A DNA stretch of 64,000 nucleotides from an uncultured Acidobacteriota bacterium (GTDB lineage: Bacteria; Acidobacteriota; UBA6911): positions 32,001-96,000 of the forward strand of contig CAWJKZ010000004.1 in NCBI GenBank assembly GCA_963843575.1, given 5' to 3'. The translations under genes were made by a program, and so were the position numbers. Below the pieces are notes generated by a model. That model was not told the DNA's origin. It made no database searches and was given only the letters and a program-made list of their open reading frames with translations. Of this stretch, positions 57,757 through 64,000 are shown in pieces; the stretch's first letter is position 1; each line of letters opens with the position of its first letter.

Positions 57757-60657
57757 TTATTGATTGAGTGCGGCAATGTGGTGCGCCAGAATGGCGCGCC
57801 ACTCGTCGAGCGTGTGGCCGGCCACGGCGCGACGGCGGCGCAGCGGGTCCCCGTAATCCTCCCGGGAGATATACGGAAGCGCCGCCCCGAGCAGGGATGC
57901 CAGATCCGCCTGTGCCGCCGCGACCTCAGGTCCTGTGCGCCCGGTCCGCGTCGCCGTCTCGATCCGTTCCCTGAGGGTTGCGACGTACAGGTAATCCCCG
58001 ATTCCCGCGGTCAGCCTCTCGAAGGCGGGCGTTTCGATCGGCCCGTCCGGGCCGGGCAGCGTCACGCCTGACCGGTTGTACGGATGAAACCGCTGAAACG
58101 GGAGCAGGTCCCAGCCGAAGTGCCACTGCCAGAAGCCGTACGAGCTCGACGCCGCGATCTGGATCCCGAAATCGTACCGGTCGGGGATGCCGTTGAAGTA
58201 CCACAGCCGCGGCTTCCCCCTCTTGCGGGCGGCCTCGATAATCCCCGCCGATTGATCCCAAGGATGGGTGGCGACGCAGTCGAAATGATCGAGCAACGGC
58301 AGGTAGTCTACGCCGTCCTCCTTGTCCCGCATCGGGTCGATGAAGATCTTCGCGCCCGGCACGCCTTCGCGCACCAGCCGCGCATAGCGGATCGTGTCCT
58401 GCAGGTTCCGGTTCCACTGGTTGATGTTGCGCTCCCGCGGCTCATCCGCAAGGTACAGCAGCACTGGCAGGCCGCGCTTCCGAAAGAAATCGTGGATCTT
58501 CCCGGCCGCGTCGACATACCTCCTGATGAACAGCGGCGAGAATTCCCCGGTCAAGTCGCCGTCGGGCAGAGGCGCGGAGATTTCTTCGGGCTCGTGAAAG
58601 TCGCCGTAACGTGTTTCCCTCATCAGCCGCCGTGCCACCTCCAGCAGCAGAAGGATGATTCCAGGCCTCCGGGCATCGCAGAGACCCGCTTCCTTTGCCG
58701 CGCGGGCTTCTTCCTCCAGCAGGCTGAAGTCCAGGATCGTGCGTCCACCTTCGACGCCCTTCACGATCGGTGCGGTGAACATGTAGGACGTCAGCCCGTG
58801 CGCCTTCATCACGCGGGCCTCCGCACGCAGCACGCGGCGGAGATCCTCAATCTTGCCGGGCAGGAAGTATCGAAGCGAATAGCCGAGGTTATACGGGCTG
58901 GACCGGAAGAAACCATACGAGACCGGGTGCTCGGCAGTGAGGGAGAACGGATGAATCGTGATCTCCACGGGCAGCTCGGCCGACCCCCCCGTGCCGGTTG
59001 CGACCTGCAGGCGGCCCCTATACAGGCCCGGAACCGCGTCGGGAGCCGGCGCAAGGGTGATCCAATGGGTCACATTCACGCCGCCGGGCGACGGTATCTT
59101 TTGCGCCGGGAGCAGGCATCCTTCCCTGAGTTCCGCCGGCCAGTCCGTCCACATGTATTTAAGGACTCGCAGCATCAAGGCGCTGCGCGGAAGAACGGCG
59201 CCGCCGTCGGTCCTGAATTCCGAGAGGGCCGCCTCCACGGATGCCAGGGGCCCGATCGGCGTAACCGTGACCGCGGCATGCCCGAAATCGCCTCGGGCCG
59301 CGGCCAACCGGAGCACGCCGGGATCGAGTTCGGCGGCCCGGGGCAGGTCGTACGGGCCGATTTCCTCGTTGAAGTCCCTGTTCCACAGGAGAAACCCGCG
59401 GAGCCGAGCCGTTTCCGACGCTGAAGGCGCAGCGTTCCGAGGTTGCGGCGGGCGCAGGTGGGAGAGGAAATCGCTCTCCCGGACCTTATCGACCGCGGCC
59501 GCAGCGGATTCGAAATCCCTCCCTTCGGGGGCGATGAGGAGACCGAAGACGCAGAGGACACCTCCCCACGTGAACTCGGCGTGGCCGGCACTCACCTCGA
59601 AGGAGAAGTCGTACGACTGCCACGCTTCCGCGACCGACTTGCGGTAGGTATCCTCTCCGGGCGCATACCAGTCGTTCATGCCGCGGAAATACTCCGCTTC
59701 GGTGTAGTACGCGGCCTGGTCGACCTTTCTCGACGCGACCTGCCGGCCGTCGACTGCCAGCGTAAAGGAAAGGACGGCCAGGAGCTTGCTGCTGTAGTTT
59801 CCGCCATAGAACCGCGCCCTGTACCGCCCAGCCGGCAGGTCAACCCGGAAGCTCGCCTTGCCGCCGCCGAGGTCGGACCAGATCCAGTCGGAGGTCAGAC
59901 GCTCCGGCCTCTGGAGAGCCCAAGCCTGCGTCCTTGCCGGTATCGTGGTCCATCCATAGCCGCGGAAGCCGGCGTAGGCCGCCTTATCGGTCGCAGGCTT
60001 TGCGCCCGGTATCAGGGCCGAACCGACAGGGCCGAAGTCGAACAGCACGGTCCCTTTGCCCGCCCCGACTGCGGATCTTTCATCCCCCGCGAGCACGAAG
60101 TTGTAGAGCCAGACGTCGCGTTCGAATTTCTCGGCACTGCGGATCTGCATCAAAACCGAGCGGATGCGGACCAGATCGACGGAGCGCCCCGCGCCCGTCC
60201 TCAACTCGTCCAGCGGGATCTCAAAGACGTTCCGGGCGCGGGAGAGCCAGATTTCAGGGGATGTGTAGCTTATCCCAGTTTCGTCCTTGATCGTGAGCAC
60301 TACCGGGATCATGAATTCCGCCCCGTTGACCACCGTGAACAGGAGCCGTCGAAACCCGGTCCAGTTCGTCGGCATCCCTGCCTGCGGCGTGAACTCGAGG
60401 GAGCTGTAGCCCTCGCCGGGGAGGAGGACAAGGTGGAGCGCACCGGCCGGGACGGCGGGAAGTTCGACCTCGGGTCGCTCGATCGCGGCCCCATCGGCCG
60501 AGGTCCTCGACCATGCGGCCCGGCACCCGGTCACGCCTATCGACCCGACGACCCCCGCATCCTGAAACGTGCACACAAACCTTCCGGGCGGCCTTTCCGC
60601 GCCTGCGGGCATTGCCGACACCAGCATCAAGCTCAACAGCGCGACGACGCGGATCAT
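57757..60657 (-). CDS. Large secreted modular carbohydrate-active protein (CBM-like domains plus DUF4091/GH123-like catalytic region)
   Basis: Signal peptide MIRVVALL...AGA; NWTGFRRL CBM-like segment, FDFGP..GYGW, FRVDLPAGRY, PGLYRG.L, YLADEP, LWYFN, GIGDYLY. Confidence 0.65.
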   Translation of the reverse strand: MIRVVALLSLMLVSAMPAGAERPPGRFVCTFQDAGVVGSIGVTGCRAAWSRTSADGAAIERPEVELPAVPAGALHLVLLPGEGYSSLEFTPQAGMPTNWTGFRRLLFTVVNGAEFMIPVVLTIKDETGISYTSPEIWLSRARNVFEIPLDELRTGAGRSVDLVRIRSVLMQIRSAEKFERDVWLYNFVLAGDERSAVGAGKGTVLFDFGPVGSALIPGAKPATDKAAYAGFRGYGWTTIPARTQAWALQRPERLTSDWIWSDLGGGKASFRVDLPAGRYRARFYGGNYSSKLLAVLSFTLAVDGRQVASRKVDQAAYYTEAEYFRGMNDWYAPGEDTYRKSVAEAWQSYDFSFEVSAGHAEFTWGGVLCVFGLLIAPEGRDFESAAAAVDKVRESDFLSHLRPPQPRNAAPSASETARLRGFLLWNRDFNEEIGPYDLPRAAELDPGVLRLAAARGDFGHAAVTVTPIGPLASVEAALSEFRTDGGAVLPRSALMLRVLKYMWTDWPAELREGCLLPAQKIPSPGGVNVTHWITLAPAPDAVPGLYRGRLQVATGTGGSAELPVEITIHPFSLTAEHPVSYGFFRSSPYNLGYSLRYFLPGKIEDLRRVLRAEARVMKAHGLTSYMFTAPIVKGVEGGRTILDFSLLEEEARAAKEAGLCDARRPGIILLLLEVARRLMRETRYGDFHEPEEISAPLPDGDLTGEFSPLFIRRYVDAAGKIHDFFRKRGLPVLLYLADEPRERNINQWNRNLQDTIRYARLVREGVPGAKIFIDPMRDKEDGVDYLPLLDHFDCVATHPWDQSAGIIEAARKRGKPRLWYFNGIPDRYDFGIQIAASSSYGFWQWHFGWDLLPFQRFHPYNRSGVTLPGPDGPIETPAFERLTAGIGDYLYVATLRERIETATRTGRTGPEVAAAQADLASLLGAALPYISREDYGDPLRRRRAVAGHTLDEWRAILAHHIAALNQ

Positions 60658-60740
60658 AGGGACTCCGTCTCTTTTCCGCCCGCTTGAGACTTTCCGGGTC
60701 TTTTCCGGCGAATTGCGGGGGCCAGGCAGGATTTCACGGG

Positions 60741-60932
60741 TTACCTGCAGCGGGCCCACAGAAACAGGCGCACCCGGTCCTCGGTCAATTGCAGGCCCAG
60801 GCCAGGCCGGTCTGTAACTGGGATGAAGCCGTTCCTGAGCTCGAGCTCAGGTGCGTGATCGACGATCTGGAAATGCTCCGGCACCCGGTACGGATACAGT
60901 TCCTGGATGATGAAGTTCGAGATGCCGGCATG
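60741..60932 (-). pseudogene. C-terminal fragment of a mandelate racemase/DgoD-like enolase-superfamily gene
   Basis: Manual translation: HAGISNFIIQELYPYRVPEHFQIVDHAPELELRNGFIPVTDRPGLGLQLTEDRVRLFLWARCR*; 5' part absent. Confidence 0.75.
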
Positions 60933-60939
60933 TTGTCTC

Positions 60940-61050
60940 GCTTTCGTCCTCGAAAAGTGGCCTTAAATCCAATTTTTGCCCCTGTTTTTTCGGTTTAAGG
61001 TCGCCGGGAAACGCATTTGAGATCGCGGCTATTTCAATAAAATAGCACCA
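60940..61050. mobile_element. AT-rich repeated element (copy B, partial)
   Basis: Shares GTCCTCGAAAAGTGGCCTTAAAT, ATTTTTGCC, TTTAAG and CAAAAATCGCAAA with copy A, in the same order. Confidence 0.55.
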
Positions 61051-61051
61051 A

Positions 61052-62393
61052 AAATCGCAAAAGGCGCCCGCGTTGTTTCCGGACGCCCTGTTCACGGAGT
61101 TCCCGATCACGGTGCAACAAAACCAAACGCGGTCGGTATGGGTGACGATCCATGTGCCGACGGGCCAAGAACCGGGCGAGTACAGGGGCGAACTGAGGCT
61201 GCGGCAGGGCACGGAGACGTTGGCGACCGTCCCGTACACCCTGGTGGTTCACAAAGCCACGGTTTCGAGGCCGATCCCGCTGGCGATCAATAACTACTTG
61301 AATCTCGGCGATCGTCACCTCGAGCAGTTTCACAGCTGCACGCGCGGATCAGGGCCGTGGTGGGACCTGATCGCGAGTTACGCGCGCTTCTGGGCCGACT
61401 ACTACCAGACTTCCATCAGCGCAAATGCGGTCTCGCTCACAAAGCCAGCAGCTATCGGGCGGGGGATTGAGTTACAGCTTCAGCGACTTTGAACGGTACG
61501 TCGAAACGTGGGAGGCCGCTGGAGTGAAGGGCCAGATCGACGGCGGGAACCTCATGGAACGGCAGCGGCGGCGGGACGCCACCATCATGACCGAGGCCTG
61601 GCTGGTCGAGGGCGGCAAACCGGTCCGGCGCAGCATCCCGTGGAACGACCCGCGGGCTCAGCAGTTCCTGAACACCTTCCTGCCCGCGCTCTCCGCGCGG
61701 CTCCAGGAACTCGGCTGGACGAACAAGTACATCCAGGGAATCATGGACGAGCCGAACCAGTGGGAGATCCCGGCGTTCCTCGACACTGCCGCCAAGGTCC
61801 GGAAGCTCCTGCCGGGCGTCCGGACAATCGAACCGGTCGGGCTGCGCCAGGACGTCGGCTTCATGAAGAAAACGGTGGACATATGGGTGCCTCTGCTCGG
61901 CACGTTCGACGAGAAGCTTGACCTCCTTCAACGACACATCAACGAGGACAAGGGCGAGATCTGGTTTTACACATGCCTGTCGCCGCGGGGGAAATATCCC
62001 AACCGCTTCGTCGATACCTCACTGACGAAGGTGCGGCTGCTGCATTGGATCAACTACAAGTGGAACTTCACCGGCTTCCTGCACTGGGGCGGTAACTTCT
62101 GGGGGCCGGAGCCGCTCAAGGACACACAACCCGTCATCAACGAGGGGCGGACGTACCTGCCTCCGGGTGACGCGTTCATCACCTACCCTGCCCGCATGGG
62201 CCTCTACAGTTCAATCCGGCTGGAGCAGATGCGGGAGGGCATCGAGGACTACGCGCTGCTCAAGGAACTCGACAGGAAGGACAGAGCACTGGCCCAGAAG
62301 ATCGCGGGTGAAGCGGTAAGGACGTTCGTCGATTACGTGCGCGGGGCCAAGGAGTTCCGGGCAATCCAGCAGAAGCTGCTGGAGGCGCCGTAG
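61052..62393 (+). pseudogene. DUF4091/GH123-like glycoside hydrolase, 5'-truncated, frameshift near 61458
   Basis: FPDAL..QTRSVWVTIHVP..PGEYRGEL; IMDEP; WFYTC; GFLHWG.NFW; PPGD; SSIRLEQMREGIEDY. No signal peptide or N-terminus. Confidence 0.75.
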
Positions 62394-62434
62394 CGGGTTG
62401 GGCAGATCGTAAAGAAGACAGTGCCCCCTCCATC

Positions 62435-62791
62435 TCATTCCCCCGACTGAGTGTCTCTGATGAAGTGTGGGATGGATTCGGGTATGGGGAGAGCCAGCTC
62501 GATGAAGCCGGAATACCTGCCATCCTTGTACCAGGGCGACTGGTAAATCAGCTTCCTGCTGCCTGCTTTTTCGATCGAATAGATGTTTGGAACCCCCGAT
62601 GCCAGCAAGGCCGCCAACTTCGTCCGGGCCGGTTCGGGGTGGCAATCGAGCACGTTGGTGCCGATCAGGGCGGATCCGCCATCTTTGGCAAAAGTGTCAC
62701 ATGCCTTCTCGTTCATCCCCAGTAGTATCCCCTCCGGATCACACACCGTGATCGCGGCCGGGAATTCGCCAATCCAGGCTGCATCGTTCAT
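62435..62791 (-). CDS. Stand-alone PAS domain protein
   Basis: AITVCDPEGILLGMN, LIGTNVLDCHPEP, NIYSIEKAG.RKLIYQSPW; GAAAGGGA RBS. Confidence 0.85.
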   Translation of the reverse strand: MNDAAWIGEFPAAITVCDPEGILLGMNEKACDTFAKDGGSALIGTNVLDCHPEPARTKLAALLASGVPNIYSIEKAGSRKLIYQSPWYKDGRYSGFIELALPIPESIPHFIRDTQSGE

Positions 62792-62851
62792 CGATCCCTT
62801 TCTCACGCTGCCTTGAGTAGTCAATTACATAAATACGATAGCGTCTTTTCG

Positions 62852-63097
62852 GACGCAGATCCACGCGGATCAAAGACAGAGGCGTTGACTGGGGAAGCCC
62901 GTGTCCTGCTTTTGTCTTTCGTGGCCGGACCAGACGCCGATAGATCGAAGCTCCCCGCGCTTTCTTGAGTACTTGGCAGAAGCCAGAACGCGGATTTCCG
63001 CGGATTTGAAGGGTTCACGCGGATCGGCCGCGCCGGGCGCGGCCTGTCACCAATGTCTCTGTTGTTAATTTGCGTGGATCCTCGTCCATCCGCGTCC
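62852..63097. repeat. Cluster of ACGCGGAT-type repeats in both orientations
   Basis: GACGCAGATCCACGCGGAT; AACGCGGATTTCCGCGGATTT..TTCACGCGGAT; TTTGCGTGGATCC..ATCCGCGTCC. Confidence 0.7.
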
Positions 63098-63116
63098 GAA
63101 AAATTCGGGCGGAGTG

Positions 63117-63998
63117 CTATCGCGATGCTTCGCTTCTGACGTGTTGGTTGCGGGGAGTTACCGACGTCGAAAGCGCCAGGACCCGTTCCAGGCTGCCGAA
63201 GCGCAGAAACAAACGGTCGAACACGTGCAGGTGAAGTCGTGCAAGAAGCCACCCGGCGGAGCTCATCCCGATGCCCACGAGCACGGACTGCAGCGTCTTG
63301 CGGTACCGGATGGCTTTGACCAGCGGACCCCACCCCGCAGCGCCGGCCGCCGCACACACCAGCATCGTCAAGAGCGCTCCCACCGTCAGCGAAAACGCAG
63401 TCGCAGCCCGAAGCCGATAGGCATAGAAGAGGCCGATCGTCAGCAGACCCACGATGGCGGCGCCACCGACAAGCTGTAGTGACCTCGACAGCGCCCAGAT
63501 TTTGAAGGCGAGCTTATCTGCAACCTCGAGCTGCCGCTGCAGCGCCGTATCGGCCCGTGGCTGAACCATCAGTGGTTCAATCTGCAGAAACTTCCACGGC
63601 ACACGATCGGCAGGCTGCAACCGGAAGCCGAGGATTGGCTCGCGGAGCGAGTACTCGGTCATCAGGTACCCGCTCGTCATGAGTGCATACGCCTCCACCT
63701 CGGAAAAGGAGTCCAGGTCGGTTCGAATAGCCGCGAGCCGGCGTTGCACATCCCTGTGGATCCCGTAAGGGCAAACCGGATCGTGGCGTGGCGGGTCGGA
63801 ACGATCCTGGCACTCGATCCAGTCGACCGCCTCCGCTCCGAGGTCCTGTTTCAGGTGCACGAACATCAGGCCCCTCAATAGCCCGGCGCGACGGCGTGCC
63901 TCCAGTTCGCGGAACTGCGTGCTTCTCAGGCGCGCCTGCAAAATGCTGTTGGATCGAAGCGGCACGCCCAGCAGGCCCGTACTCGGGGCGTCCTGCGA
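63117..63998 (-). CDS. Patatin-like phospholipase family protein, C-terminal part with TM helices (5' end outside window)
   Basis: LAAIRTDLDSFSEVEAYALMTSGY, characteristic of patatin C-termini, followed by about 3 TMs; the frame is open to the window edge. Confidence 0.65.
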   Translation of the reverse strand, partial: SQDAPSTGLLGVPLRSNSILQARLRSTQFRELEARRRAGLLRGLMFVHLKQDLGAEAVDWIECQDRSDPPRHDPVCPYGIHRDVQRRLAAIRTDLDSFSEVEAYALMTSGYLMTEYSLREPILGFRLQPADRVPWKFLQIEPLMVQPRADTALQRQLEVADKLAFKIWALSRSLQLVGGAAIVGLLTIGLFYAYRLRAATAFSLTVGALLTMLVCAAAGAAGWGPLVKAIRYRKTLQSVLVGIGMSSAGWLLARLHLHVFDRLFLRFGSLERVLALSTSVTPRNQHVRSEASR

Positions 63999-64000
63999 GT

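Noticed and set aside
1-64000. rRNA, tRNA, riboswitch, prophage, transposase or defence genes
   Set aside because: None recognisable by eye; a covariance-model search was not possible, so small RNAs cannot be excluded.

Overview
GC-rich bacterial DNA, probably from an uncultured Acidobacteriota-like organism (inferred from gene content, not demonstrated). It looks like a long-read assembly with scattered single-base indels. From left to right: (1) 1-13.7 kb, minus strand: a Wzx/Wzy-dependent exopolysaccharide operon. It holds wza, wzc, a degenerate GGDEF protein, a priming sugar transferase, a GT2, an ATP-grasp/HprK-like fusion, wzx, a wzy-like gene, a thymidylate-kinase-like protein, a deacetylase and a GT4 that runs off the window. 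(2) 14-20 kb, divergent: secreted LVIVD-repeat and nine-PKD-repeat proteins. (3) 20-27.6 kb: regulators (NarL-type RR, collapsed kinase, orphan RsbT, atypical LuxR, atypical kinase) around a UDP-glucuronate epimerase and ugd. (4) 28-36.5 kb: a BNR propeller + MoaD/ThiS pair and a sigma54-promoted AcrAB-OprM-type efflux operon, followed by a relic sigma54 activator. (5) 36.6-47 kb: a tannase/feruloyl esterase, a MITE, an oxidoreductase coupled to a divergent PvcA/isocyanide-synthase-like gene, a GT4, an alpha/beta hydrolase, a GYD protein and an ABC exporter. (6) 47-56 kb: tctC, a tctA-tctB fusion, an A-T-C-A-T NRPS and an aldo-keto reductase. (7) 56-64 kb: sugar-active genes, a repeated AT-rich element sitting between two 5'-truncated genes, a PAS protein and a partial patatin. 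No rRNA, tRNA or CRISPR array was seen. The best candidates for undescribed systems are the EPS kinase/ligase tailoring and c-di-GMP module, the PvcA-like two-gene operon, and the TTT-fed NRPS operon.
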